The position numbers were made by a program, and so were the translations under genes. DNA of 64,000 nt from Candidatus Pyrohabitans jungbluthii (GTDB taxonomy: Archaea; Hydrothermarchaeota; Hydrothermarchaeia; Hydrothermarchaeales; BMS3B). The notes below the pieces were generated by a model, which searched no databases, was not told the DNA's origin, and saw nothing but the letters and a program-made list of their open reading frames with translations. Positions 46,217 through 56,408 of this stretch are shown here, piece by piece. Location of the stretch: contig MTMD02000008.1 in assembly GCA_002010065.2 (NCBI GenBank), positions 288,001 to 352,000 of the forward strand, read 5' to 3'. Every line of letters starts with the position of its first letter. The stretch's first letter is position 1.

Positions 46217-47143
46217 ATGGACATCGTTGCGATAGGGCATGCCAGCGTCGACTTGGTTAGAATCTCCGGCAAGGAGAAGAATCAGCTTGGTGGAGCAGCG
46301 GTTTACTCCGCGCTTGCAGCTAAAATCTTTTCTCGCGCTGGCGTTGTAACCCGCGTTGGTACCGACTTTCCCGGTGAGTTTTATTCCCTGCTCAGAAAGG
46401 CAGGAGTTGACACCTCTGGAATAAAGCAGGTTCAGGGAAAAAGCACAAGCTTTGAGATTGAGTACGACGATAATGGGCAGGCGCACTACAAAAGCTACAA
46501 TCTCGGAGTGGGCATACACATTCGCCCCAAGGACATACCCAGGAGCTACCTCACCGCCAAGGCATTTCACATCGCTCCTATGGCTGCGAGCAAGCAGCAC
46601 TCGTTTGTCAGCTACCTCAGGGAGCACACTTACAGCTTAATTTCCCTCAACACCCATGTGGCGTACTTCCAGAGGTATAAAAAGGAGCTTCTCGACCTCA
46701 TAGGTGAGGTAGATATATTTACGATAAACGACGACGAAGCTATGCGCTTAACCGGTACGCGCAGCCTTGAACACGCGATAAACGCCCTGAAAAAGCTCAA
46801 GCACAGCATTATCGTCGTGACGATGGGGGTTTACGGCAGCATAATACTCGAGCACGGAGAGGTCAGCTTCTCGCCTTCAGTGATTCAGCGGCGCATCGTG
46901 GATTTAACTGGCTGCGGCGATGCCTTTGCCGGCTCATTTCTGGCGAGCTACCTCAAGACAGAGAACGCCGTGAAGGCTGCGAACATCGCAAATAGCGTCG
47001 CTGCGATAAACGCCAGCGACTGGAATTTCAGGGCACTCGCCAGGCTCTCCTTCCCCAGTTTAGAGGCATTTCAGGAGTTCGTCGTGGCGAGGCAGCGCAG
47101 GCTGAGCAAAAATCAGCGCAGCTTGGAGCACTTTCTGGGATAG
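46217..47143 (+). CDS. PfkB/ribokinase family carbohydrate or nucleoside kinase
   Basis: LGGAAVYSA, RVGTDF, INDDEA, VTMGVYGS and DLTGCGDAFAG. Start ATG 46217. Confidence 0.92.
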   Translation: MDIVAIGHASVDLVRISGKEKNQLGGAAVYSALAAKIFSRAGVVTRVGTDFPGEFYSLLRKAGVDTSGIKQVQGKSTSFEIEYDDNGQAHYKSYNLGVGIHIRPKDIPRSYLTAKAFHIAPMAASKQHSFVSYLREHTYSLISLNTHVAYFQRYKKELLDLIGEVDIFTINDDEAMRLTGTRSLEHAINALKKLKHSIIVVTMGVYGSIILEHGEVSFSPSVIQRRIVDLTGCGDAFAGSFLASYLKTENAVKAANIANSVAAINASDWNFRALARLSFPSLEAFQEFVVARQRRLSKNQRSLEHFLG

Positions 47144-49417
47144 CTATCTCCCCTCTTCTATCCGCTTTGCCGCTATGTAGCACTGCCCCAAGGCGATGCC
47201 TCCATCTCCCGGCGGGACTACGCGATGCTGTACAAGCGTAAATCCTTCTCTCTCCACCACCTTCTTTATCCTTCTCACAATCGCGTCGTTGTAGGCAACG
47301 CCTCCGGTAACGCCTATCTTCTCCACGCCCTGCCGCTCAGCAGCAGCCACAGCAAGCATGGCAATACCCTCAGCGAGCGCTGCTTGAGCGCTTGCGGCTA
47401 TATCCTCTCGTCGCTCGCCTTCGCGCAGGTACTCCAAGGCTTTTGCAACGACGCCGCTTGTGTTGAGAACCTCGGAGCCACCTTCTCTCTTTATCTCCAC
47501 AGGCATCTCCAGCTCAGCCTTGCCCTTCACAGCAAACGCTTCCAGCTTAATCGCCGGCTCGCCCTCATAGGTTCTCTTTCTGCAAACCCCAAGAAGCGCA
47601 GCTATTGCATCGAGCACCCTGCCCATACTTGAGGTCTCCACAACGTTAAAGCCCCGCTCAAGCTGTCTCACCACAACATTAGCCTCGCCCTCGCGCATCC
47701 CCAGGCTTGAAAGAAGCCCGATAAGCTCCTCTCTGGAGTAACGGGGGTGTAACATGCCCGCGAGCATGCGCAGAGGATAGCGAGTTGCTAGGTCTCCACC
47801 TGGAGCGGGGTTGTACTCCAGATGTGCCTCCCTGGAAAATTCATATCCTGAGCAGTAGAGCACCTCACCCCCCCAGGCACTGCCATCTTCGCCATAACCA
47901 AAGCCGTCTATAGCGATGCCCACAAGCTCCTCCTCGCCACTCTCAGCCATAAGCGCAGCGATATGAGCGTGGTGATGCTGCACCTGCATTATCTCGCAAC
48001 CATAGAGCGAGGCGAGCTCCTCCGCAAGCTTAGAGGTGGCAAACTCCGGGTGAAGGTCACGAGCTATGCAGGCGAGTTCGTCCACCCTATTTAGCTCCAT
48101 AAGGGTGGAGCACGCCTGCCTGAGAAACTCAAGCGTTGGGAGCTTCTTTGTATCGCCGATGTACTGGGTAAGAAAGGCACGTTTGCCGGAGAGCACGCAG
48201 CCGGCGACATTCTCCTCGGCGCCAAGAGCGATAATTGCACCTTCAAATTCTATATTAAGCTCTATGGGTAGAGGAACGTATCCCCGGGAGCGGCGCAAAT
48301 ATGCGGTGCTACCCGCCACCAGCTTGAGCACGCTGTCGTCAATGCGATTGCGAATCCTGCGATTGTGCACCAGAGAGTAGTCTTGGTAGCCGAGGCTCAG
48401 CACATCCTCACGGGTAATCGCCATTGGCTCTCCCGGCACATTGGCGGAGGTCATAATAAAAGCTGGCTCCTTCGAATAGTGGAAGAGGAGGTGGTGTACC
48501 CCCGTATAGGGAAGCATAATCCCCACATTGCTGAGCCCTGGTGCCACAAGTGGTGAAAGAGGCGAATCCTCACGCCTGCGCAGGAGTACTATTGGGCGCT
48601 GGGCACTGAGAAGGAGCTTCTCCTCCACCTCGCTAATGTGGGCAAATAGCCTCGCCGCCTCTATATCGCGTGCCATTATTGCAAAGGGCTTCTCAGGCCT
48701 GCGCGAAGTTCTGCGGAGCCTCTCTATCGGCTCGTCCTCCGTAACCTTCGCCGCTAAGTGAGTGCCTCCCAAGCCCATTATCGCCACTATATACCCTTCA
48801 TCAAGAAGCCTGGCAGCCTCACGTATGACATCGCTAACCTCAACCCTATTTTCGCCCTCATAAAGCTCATAGCTGGGGCCGCATTTCGGGCAGGCTATGG
48901 GTTCAGCATGAAAGCGCCTGTCTTCTGGATTACGGTATTCCCGGGCGCACGCATCGCACATGCTAAAGTCGCGCATCGTCGTGTTCTCCCTGTCGTAGGG
49001 CAGAGCCTCAATAATCGCAAACCTGGGACCGCAGTCTGTGCACACTGTGAAGGGGTACATGTAGCGCCTATCGCCGGGGTCGAACATCTCCTTTAAGCAA
49101 GCGTCGCAAATCGCAACATCCGGCGGTATTACGGAGCCCTCGCCACCCTCCTGCGAGCTTTCAAGCACCAGAAAATCATCATAGTGATCCTTATCGCCTG
49201 CCGGAAGCTCCTCTATGGAATGAATCTCCGCCAGGGGTGGAAGCTCCTCTCGAAGGCGATTGATAAAGCGCGCCACATCGCCAATCGCAAGAATCTCAAC
49301 GCTGTTTCCACGGTTGCGAACGTAGCCACGGATTCCCAGACGCTTGGCTATGCGGTAAACGAAGGGTCTGAAGCCCACGCCCTGCACAACGCCACGGATA
49401 AGAAGGCGCTTCTTCAT
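47144..49417 (-). CDS. hypF: [NiFe]-hydrogenase maturation carbamoyltransferase HypF
   Basis: GVVQGVGFRPFV acylphosphatase domain, two CxxC-x18-CxxC zinc fingers, DLHPEF, QHHHAH and PPGDGGIALGQ. Confidence 0.97.
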   Translation of the reverse strand: MKKRLLIRGVVQGVGFRPFVYRIAKRLGIRGYVRNRGNSVEILAIGDVARFINRLREELPPLAEIHSIEELPAGDKDHYDDFLVLESSQEGGEGSVIPPDVAICDACLKEMFDPGDRRYMYPFTVCTDCGPRFAIIEALPYDRENTTMRDFSMCDACAREYRNPEDRRFHAEPIACPKCGPSYELYEGENRVEVSDVIREAARLLDEGYIVAIMGLGGTHLAAKVTEDEPIERLRRTSRRPEKPFAIMARDIEAARLFAHISEVEEKLLLSAQRPIVLLRRREDSPLSPLVAPGLSNVGIMLPYTGVHHLLFHYSKEPAFIMTSANVPGEPMAITREDVLSLGYQDYSLVHNRRIRNRIDDSVLKLVAGSTAYLRRSRGYVPLPIELNIEFEGAIIALGAEENVAGCVLSGKRAFLTQYIGDTKKLPTLEFLRQACSTLMELNRVDELACIARDLHPEFATSKLAEELASLYGCEIMQVQHHHAHIAALMAESGEEELVGIAIDGFGYGEDGSAWGGEVLYCSGYEFSREAHLEYNPAPGGDLATRYPLRMLAGMLHPRYSREELIGLLSSLGMREGEANVVVRQLERGFNVVETSSMGRVLDAIAALLGVCRKRTYEGEPAIKLEAFAVKGKAELEMPVEIKREGGSEVLNTSGVVAKALEYLREGERREDIAASAQAALAEGIAMLAVAAAERQGVEKIGVTGGVAYNDAIVRRIKKVVEREGFTLVQHRVVPPGDGGIALGQCYIAAKRIEEGR

Positions 49418-49456
49418 TGGTAAGAGTATTGGCGGCGTTGCTTAAAGGCTTTGCCT

Positions 49457-50062
49457 CTATTTTTCCTGCTTCCTGCCTTTCATAAAGGCATAGGTGTAGA
49501 AGATTCGCTCCAGCGCTGTGGAGTGGGAAAGCAATGCAACGAATGCCAGCGCGTAATATAGTGCACGTTCTGCTTCCATAAAGCCAGCAAGGCTAGCGGC
49601 AAGGGCGACGATAATTATTATAAGCCTCTCGGCGCGCTCCCCTAAACCAACGTCGCAGCGCGGAATGAAGAGCTCCGCCCTTGCACGAGTATAGCTCACC
49701 ATGAAGCTGCCGAGAAGCGCGAGGAAGGCGAGCAGGTAGTGGCTCTCGAGATACAGCGCAATACCAATTATAACCGCAGCATCTGCATACCTGTCCAGGG
49801 TCGCGTCGAAAAAGGCGCCGAAGTCGCTAACGCGTTGCGTTAACCTCGCAACAGCGCCGTCAATGACATCGAAGAAGCCTGTGAGCAGAAGAAGTACAAA
49901 GGCAAGGTCGAGACGCTTGGCTGCAAGGGCAAAGGCAGTGGCAACGCTTGCAAGCAAACCAAAGATAGTTAGAAGATTGGGTGCTATACCAAGCGCTGCG
50001 AATAGCCTGGCGATTGGTACGATGAAGATATTTGCAGTGCTTCTAAAACGGGCGCTCAGCAT
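49457..50062 (-). CDS. CDP-alcohol phosphatidyltransferase (archaetidylinositol phosphate synthase-like)
   Basis: FDVIDGAVARL...FGAFFDATLDRYAD, MVSYTRARAE and VGLGERAER. Confidence 0.92.
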   Translation of the reverse strand: MLSARFRSTANIFIVPIARLFAALGIAPNLLTIFGLLASVATAFALAAKRLDLAFVLLLLTGFFDVIDGAVARLTQRVSDFGAFFDATLDRYADAAVIIGIALYLESHYLLAFLALLGSFMVSYTRARAELFIPRCDVGLGERAERLIIIIVALAASLAGFMEAERALYYALAFVALLSHSTALERIFYTYAFMKGRKQEK

Positions 50063-50106
50063 GCTTGGATTTAAAACCTTTACTCGTTAAAATACTTATC
50101 GCGGAT

Positions 50107-51609
50107 ATGAAGGTGCTCATAGTTACGGGGAAGCTCGCAGCAGAGCGCGCTCTCGCAATAGCCAAGCGCTTCTCCGCAAAGGTACACATAACCAGCGAGG
50201 AGGTGGCCAGCCTTTTAACTCCAAGAAAGATTGCAAAGAGCTTGGGCAGGGTTCGCGACGCAGAGATGGTGCTCGTACCCGGCTTGATTAAGGGCGACGT
50301 CGCTGAGGTGGCTCGCGTAACCGGTGTACCCGTGTATAAAGGCACCCGTGACATCGCTGATTTGGAGATTCTCCTTAAAAATCTGGATAATATTGAACTC
50401 TCCACCACCACTCCAGCGGATGCCCTGCTTGAAGACAGGGTTATAGCTCAAGCGCTGCGCGAGCTCAAGCGCGTCGATTCCGCGAAGGTAAAAGAGAAGC
50501 TGCTCAAACGCAGGAGGAACATGCTAATAGGCAGCCTCGCTGTGGGCAGGGACTTTCCAATGCGAGTGCTGGCTGAGATTGTGGGGATAGAGCATCTGAG
50601 CGATGATGAGATTCTCAGGCGGGCGAACTACTTCAAGCGCAGCGGCGCTGACATAATAGACCTGGGGATAATGGAGTCCTCGCCCAAGCGCGTCGCAGAG
50701 GTTATAGAACTGCTCAAACCTCTGGAAGTGCCCCTCTCCATTGATACCATGGAGGCGAGGAACATCGCCTCCGCCATAGATGCTGGGGCTGATCTCATTC
50801 TGAGCTTTGACCACGAGCTTTTGAAGGAGTTCTCTGGCATAGAAACGCCGAGCGTTATAATCCCCCGTCGAGGAGGCGAGGTTCCCAGGCGGGCAGAGCA
50901 ACGGGTAAAGCTCCTGGAGGAGAACATAGCTTTAGCAGAGGAACAGGGATTTAAAAAGATTATAGCCGACCCTCTGCTATCTCCTCTCAATTTCGGCTTC
51001 ACCGAGAGCGTGGAAGCGTATCGCCGTTTTGGGGAGCGCAACCCTGAGCGGGTGATGCTCTTCGGCCTGGGCAATGTGAGCGAGCTGCTCGACGCGGATT
51101 CCACGGGCGTAAACGCTGTCCTCGCGGGCATAGCCAGCGAGGTGGGGGCGAGCATCCTCTTCACCCCAGAGGCAAGTGCTAAAACTAAGGGGAGCGTGCG
51201 CGAGCTGAGCGTAGCTGCGAAAATGATGTTCCTAGCGAAGCAGCGTGGAGCGATGCCCAAGGATCTGGGGCTCAGCTTGCTCGTGTGCAAAGAGAAGCGA
51301 ATAAGGCGGGAGCCTCTGCCAGAGGAGGTAAAGCGAGCTAAGGCGGTAAAGGCTGAGCAAAGCGCCTCGCATGCATGGGATGCAAAGGGCTACTTCAAGA
51401 TATACGTAGACGACGCGATGATTTACTGTGCCCATTTCATGGACGGGAAGCTCAACCTTGTTGTGACTGGCGAAAGCGCAAAAGACATAGGCGACACACT
51501 GCTGCGCCTGGGTTTAATAGGCGAGCTTTCCCATGCTCTGTACCTGGGCCGCGAACTTCAGCGCGCCGAGGATGCCCTTCGCCTTGGGAAGGGTTATGTT
51601 CAGCGGTGA
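50107..51609 (+). CDS. Dihydropteroate synthase-related protein (TIGR00284-like) with C-terminal DUF4346-like domain
   Basis: LIVTGKLA, GADIIDLG, LSIDT, IADP, GNVSELLDADSTGVN and HALYLGREL. Start ATG 50107. Confidence 0.85.
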   Translation: MKVLIVTGKLAAERALAIAKRFSAKVHITSEEVASLLTPRKIAKSLGRVRDAEMVLVPGLIKGDVAEVARVTGVPVYKGTRDIADLEILLKNLDNIELSTTTPADALLEDRVIAQALRELKRVDSAKVKEKLLKRRRNMLIGSLAVGRDFPMRVLAEIVGIEHLSDDEILRRANYFKRSGADIIDLGIMESSPKRVAEVIELLKPLEVPLSIDTMEARNIASAIDAGADLILSFDHELLKEFSGIETPSVIIPRRGGEVPRRAEQRVKLLEENIALAEEQGFKKIIADPLLSPLNFGFTESVEAYRRFGERNPERVMLFGLGNVSELLDADSTGVNAVLAGIASEVGASILFTPEASAKTKGSVRELSVAAKMMFLAKQRGAMPKDLGLSLLVCKEKRIRREPLPEEVKRAKAVKAEQSASHAWDAKGYFKIYVDDAMIYCAHFMDGKLNLVVTGESAKDIGDTLLRLGLIGELSHALYLGRELQRAEDALRLGKGYVQR

Positions 51610-51678
51610 GTTAAAAATTGTTACCGTTGAGACTGCTCGGCCTAATTGCGGCTTCACAAGGCGAGAGAGGTTATAGGC

Positions 51679-53409
51679 GTGCCCAGGGTAAAGATTACCG
51701 ACACAACTTTTCGCGATGCGCACCAGAGTTTGGCCGCAACCCGCATGCGGATGCGCCATATGCTGCCCATAATTGAGAAGATGGATGAGGTTGGCTTCTT
51801 CTCTATGGAAGTGTGGGGCGGCGCCACCTTCGATTCGTGCATCCGCTACCTGAATGAGGACCCATGGGAGCGCATCCGCACCTTCAAGAAGCACATGAAG
51901 AACACACCCACGCAGATGCTCCTTAGAGGGCAGAACCTCGTAGGCTATAAACACTACAGCGACGACATAGTGGAGAAGTTTGTGGAAAAGGCCTACGAGA
52001 ACGGCGTGGATATATTCCGAATATTCGACGCCCTCAATGATATCCGTAACATGGAGTTTGCAATACGCGTCGCTAAGCGCCTAGGTGCGCACGTTCAGGG
52101 TACAATATGTTACACAATTTCGCCCGTGCACACCATTGAGAGCTACGTGGAGCTTGCGAAGAAGTTGGAAGAGCTTGAGTGCGATTCGCTGTGCATAAAG
52201 GATATGGCAGGGCTCATCTCCCCTCAGGCAGCGCGCGACCTCGTTAGGGCGCTGAAAAAGGAGATTTCCATACCTATAGACCTGCACTCCCACTGCACCT
52301 CCGGTATGGCGCCCATCGCCTACTTCGCCGCCATCGAAGCGGGTGTGGATATAATTGACACCGCAATGTCCCCCTTTGCGTGGGGCACCTCGCAGCCACC
52401 CACGGAGAGCATGGTGGCCGCGCTTAAAGGTACGCCCTACGACACAGGCATTGACCTCGAGGCTTTTGCTGAAATAACACCCTTCTTCAAGGAGGTGCGA
52501 AGGCGATACGATGCGATTATCGAGGACATCTCAGAGATGGTCGACGTCAACGTGCTGCTATACCAGATTCCCGGGGGGATGATGTCTAACTTAATAGCCC
52601 AGCTCAAAGAGCAGAACGCCCTGGACAAGCTTCCCGAGGTTCTTGAAGAGGTGCCACGGGTGCGAAAAGACCTGGGCTACCCGCCTCTGGTGACGCCCAC
52701 GTCGCAGATAGTAGGCACGCAGGCGGTTATGAATGTCCTTGTGGGAGAGCGCTATAAGGTGGTGCCAAAGGAGGTTAAGGATTACGTTCGTGGCCTATAC
52801 GGCAAGCCCCCCGCGCCCATAGACGAGGAGGTCAAGGCGAAGATAATAGGCGACGAGGAGGTTATAACCTGCCGCCCCGCAGATTTGCTCCCGCCTCAGC
52901 TACACCAGCTTAAAGAAGAGGCGGAGAAGCTGGGGATAATTAAAAAGGAGGAGGATCTGCTAACCTATGCCCTCTACCCGGCGATAGCGGTGAAGTTCCT
53001 CAAAGGCGAGTTACGCGAGGAGCCCCTGCCAGAGAAGCGCGAGGCTGCGGAGAAGGAGGAGAAAGGCATCCCCACGGAATACGTGGTAGAGGTGGATGGC
53101 GAGGAGTTCAATGTGCGCGTAAAGCCAGTGGGTGGCTTCATCGAAATCTCACAGGCGGCGAGGGCAGCACAGCAAAAAGCCCCGCCAAAGGATGTGGAGG
53201 GCGGCATTAAGGCACCGATGCAGGGGATGATAGTGAAGATCAATGTAAAGAAGGGCGACAAGGTGAACAAGGGCGACGTCGTAGCTGTGCTCGAAGCCAT
53301 GAAGATGCAGAATGACGTCATCGCAAGCCACGACGGCACAGTTGAGGAGATCTTCGTGGAGGAGGGGGCGAACGTCGCAGCTGGGGACGTTATAATGGCT
53401 GTGAGATGA
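51679..53409 (+). CDS. pycB: Pyruvate carboxylase subunit B / oxaloacetate decarboxylase alpha (CT + biotin carrier)
   Basis: DTTFRDAHQSL, EVWGGATFD, CIKDMAG, HSHCTSG, LVTPTSQIVG and biotinylation site EAMKM. Confidence 0.93.
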   Translation: MPRVKITDTTFRDAHQSLAATRMRMRHMLPIIEKMDEVGFFSMEVWGGATFDSCIRYLNEDPWERIRTFKKHMKNTPTQMLLRGQNLVGYKHYSDDIVEKFVEKAYENGVDIFRIFDALNDIRNMEFAIRVAKRLGAHVQGTICYTISPVHTIESYVELAKKLEELECDSLCIKDMAGLISPQAARDLVRALKKEISIPIDLHSHCTSGMAPIAYFAAIEAGVDIIDTAMSPFAWGTSQPPTESMVAALKGTPYDTGIDLEAFAEITPFFKEVRRRYDAIIEDISEMVDVNVLLYQIPGGMMSNLIAQLKEQNALDKLPEVLEEVPRVRKDLGYPPLVTPTSQIVGTQAVMNVLVGERYKVVPKEVKDYVRGLYGKPPAPIDEEVKAKIIGDEEVITCRPADLLPPQLHQLKEEAEKLGIIKKEEDLLTYALYPAIAVKFLKGELREEPLPEKREAAEKEEKGIPTEYVVEVDGEEFNVRVKPVGGFIEISQAARAAQQKAPPKDVEGGIKAPMQGMIVKINVKKGDKVNKGDVVAVLEAMKMQNDVIASHDGTVEEIFVEEGANVAAGDVIMAVR

Positions 53410-53581
53410 GCTACTCAAAAATCTACTATTTTTCAGAATTCGAAAGAAAAAGCATATATAAGCAGCAAATAAAATATTAGATACTTTAATGGGGCCTAAC
53501 GGGGGGAGGGGGAACCCTCTTATTTTCATTTTTCCAGCGGTATGCAAAAGGATTTAATAGCCCTGTGCCTTACTCTTTTTA

Positions 53582-54598
53582 ATGCTTGAGTTAACCTATG
53601 AGACCTTCGCGAGGAAGAGGGCGAAGCTAAGGGAGAAGATGATAAAGCTGCTACACAGTGAAGAGTTGAGCAGGTACCGCGAACTGTGGCACAGCTTTGA
53701 GCCCGAGGCGGGGCAGAGCGTTATTGCCGCCGTGGACGGAAGCAGCAACTACAAGCGCTACAAGAGCCTGCTGCTCTACGCGATTAACGCTGCGGTGGTG
53801 AGCTACGACGGCTCTCTTAAAGAGAAGGGATACGCGGATGTTGACTTCCTCACACCCTACAAGTACCTCACTGAGAGGCTTGACCTTTACCGCGCAACCC
53901 TTGAGCTAAAGGCAGCCCTTTCGGTGATAGATGAGGTGGAGCTTCTACTTCTTGACGGCTCACTCCACAGCAGCTTAACTGCGCCGAAGCAGTGGTGGAG
54001 GTTTATGGAGAGAGAAAAGGTAGAGGAGGTGCTTAACTATCTCCCCTTGCTGGAGGAGAGCGAGGAAACAGAGCTAATCTCAAAGGAAATAGCCGAAGAG
54101 TTGGAGGAAGCAGAGAAGATTATGCTGCTAGAGTACCTGGAGTACCTTGTGGCGATTCAGAAGTTGGTTGAGAGGGGGGTGAATAAGGTGGTGGGAGTAG
54201 CCAAAACTTCGACGGACACCAGCTTTAACAGGGGTATTCCAGATATAGCGGTGTTTGAGGAAATCACAAGCAGCGCTGGCTACTCTTCGCCGAGAGACAA
54301 GTTTATAAACATGCGCTACCCCATCTACGATGACTTCTTCAGAAGCCTAGTGTTCACAACCTTCTATGCCAGGCTTGAGAGGGGTAAGGGCATGCTCATG
54401 ATTGAGCTTCCGCGAGAGGCGAGAGAAGAGGAAATCCACGAGCTGCTTGCAAAGCTCAGAGGCATAAGCGTAGACGGTTACCCCTACCTGCTAAGAAAAG
54501 CCCACAAGAGAGTAGTAATAACCGGAAAGGACATGGAGAAGTTTGCAATCTCCCTAGGCATAAGCGAGAAAACTGGGAGGGAGGTGCTGGCATGGTAG
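53582..54598 (+). CDS. nurA: DNA double-strand break repair nuclease NurA
   Basis: AAVDGS, LLLDGSL, VGVAKTS and DGYPYLLRKAH. Confidence 0.9.
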   Translation: MLELTYETFARKRAKLREKMIKLLHSEELSRYRELWHSFEPEAGQSVIAAVDGSSNYKRYKSLLLYAINAAVVSYDGSLKEKGYADVDFLTPYKYLTERLDLYRATLELKAALSVIDEVELLLLDGSLHSSLTAPKQWWRFMEREKVEEVLNYLPLLEESEETELISKEIAEELEEAEKIMLLEYLEYLVAIQKLVERGVNKVVGVAKTSTDTSFNRGIPDIAVFEEITSSAGYSSPRDKFINMRYPIYDDFFRSLVFTTFYARLERGKGMLMIELPREAREEEIHELLAKLRGISVDGYPYLLRKAHKRVVITGKDMEKFAISLGISEKTGREVLAW

Positions 54599-56073
54599 AG
54601 GTTATAGGCGTGTGCATCGGCGAGGCTTCGCCCTCAAAAGTGTCCTTTATAGCAAAGAAAATGCCAAAACTTGGCGAGTATGTGGTGCTTGAGTTTGACG
54701 GCATGCGTGTGCTCGGCATGGTGGAAGCTCTAACCAGAGGTAACCCAAGCATCTCAGGGGACATCCTCGACCCCGAGGTGGTAGAGCGCATCCTTTCCTT
54801 CGAGAGTCAGGAGGAGCAATACATACGCGCCAGCCTTCGCCTTCTCGGGGAGATTTCGTCTCTAACCATGCCCAAGGTTCCACCGCCGCCAGGCACAAAG
54901 GTTTACCGCGCCGATGCACAAACGCTGAGGAGCATTTTTGGAGGAGGGAACATAAAGATAGGGAGGCTCATCTCCCACCCTGAGGTGGAGGTTTACGTGG
55001 ATGCGAACAAGATGATCACTAGGCATCTTGCGATTCTTGCAATTACCGGTGCTGGGAAGAGCAACACTGTTAGCGTAATCGTCGATGGTATCCTCAAGCT
55101 CAAGGGCATGCCCGTGATATTCGACATGCACTCCGAGTATGTAAATGCAGAATTTTCAGGTGGAGTTAAGCGCATCCTGCCAAAGCTTAATCCTATTTAC
55201 CTGCTGTATGGCGAGCTGAAGCGTCTTGTGAACATCGATGAAAAGGCGTATATCCAGGAGAGGTACCTGCGCGAAGCTTATAACCATGCCATGGACCAGG
55301 TTAAGACCTCGCCCGCAAGCTTAATAGATGAGATGCTTCTTTATCTTCAAGAAGTCTACTCCAGCGAAGAAACCAACACCAGCGAAAAGAACTCCATCTC
55401 GGGCGTTATTGGCAAGCTTTTGGACTTCCGGGAGAAATACGGTGATATCCTGGATGAGCACGCCCCTGAGATAGTTGAACTGTTTGAGCAGGGAAAGGCA
55501 AACGTCATAGACCTGGGAAGCGTTGACGAGGACTACGCCGACGTTATAGTGAGTCATGTGCTGAGAAAGCTTCTGTACAAGCGGAAGCTTCGCGGGATAC
55601 CTCCGGCTTTCTGCATTCTCGAAGAGGCGCACATCCTCGCCCCCGCGTACCGCCCCACGCTTTCAAAGTACTGGATTGACCGCATCGCTCGCGAGGGGAG
55701 AAAGTTCGGCGTGGGTTTGTGCCTGGTGAGTCAGCGTCCAAAGAGCTTGGACGCAAACTCGCTATCTCAGGCGAACAATGCGATAATAATGCGCCTTGTT
55801 GAGCCCAGCGATCAACGCCACGTTCAGCAGGCGAGCGAGAGGCTGAGCGATGACCTTTTGGCTCAGCTTAGCTCCCTTAACATAGGCGAGGCGGTTGTGC
55901 TCGGGCTGATGACGCGCATACCAGCGCTGGTAAAGATAGACAGATTTGAGGGTAAGCTCTCAGGCGGGGACCCGGACATAATCGCAGAGTGGGAGAGGAT
56001 GAAAAATAGCGCTGAGGAAGAGGCTGAACAAGCTAAGAGAGAGGTGGAGGAGCTTTACTCAGGGATGGAGTAG
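54592..56073 (+). CDS. herA: HerA helicase/translocase
   Basis: HAS barrel, RHLAILAITGAGKS, FDMHSEY, LEEAH, AREGRKFG and SQRP. Overlaps the nurA stop. Confidence 0.93.
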   Translation: MVEVIGVCIGEASPSKVSFIAKKMPKLGEYVVLEFDGMRVLGMVEALTRGNPSISGDILDPEVVERILSFESQEEQYIRASLRLLGEISSLTMPKVPPPPGTKVYRADAQTLRSIFGGGNIKIGRLISHPEVEVYVDANKMITRHLAILAITGAGKSNTVSVIVDGILKLKGMPVIFDMHSEYVNAEFSGGVKRILPKLNPIYLLYGELKRLVNIDEKAYIQERYLREAYNHAMDQVKTSPASLIDEMLLYLQEVYSSEETNTSEKNSISGVIGKLLDFREKYGDILDEHAPEIVELFEQGKANVIDLGSVDEDYADVIVSHVLRKLLYKRKLRGIPPAFCILEEAHILAPAYRPTLSKYWIDRIAREGRKFGVGLCLVSQRPKSLDANSLSQANNAIIMRLVEPSDQRHVQQASERLSDDLLAQLSSLNIGEAVVLGLMTRIPALVKIDRFEGKLSGGDPDIIAEWERMKNSAEEEAEQAKREVEELYSGME

Positions 56074-56370
56074 CTATATCCTGACCATCTGCGCATGAGG
56101 CACGCCACACACGCGGAGCACATTCTCCTTGTCTATTATCCCTTCTTTTATTGCGATGGAAACAACGCTTTCCCCAGCGAGGTTTGCGATTGTTGCCTCC
56201 TTCAGGAACACCACAACCTGCTCCTCCGTGAATGCCTCATCGCCGTAAAACTCCTTCCTTATATCAAGGACAAGTTCCCCTTCCTCGAATACCTTCCCAC
56301 GAATATCCTCGTCGCACACCGCAACGAGAACCTCATTCTGCACCCGGTATACCTTGGCATAGTACTTCAT
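56074..56370 (-). CDS. DUF424 family protein
   Basis: LVAVCDED, EFYG, ATIANLAGE and CGVPHAQ. Confidence 0.85.
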   Translation of the reverse strand: MKYYAKVYRVQNEVLVAVCDEDIRGKVFEEGELVLDIRKEFYGDEAFTEEQVVVFLKEATIANLAGESVVSIAIKEGIIDKENVLRVCGVPHAQMVRI

Positions 56371-56408
56371 TTCACCCAGGCGGCGCAGTTTAACGTTTTA
56401 CGCCAATC

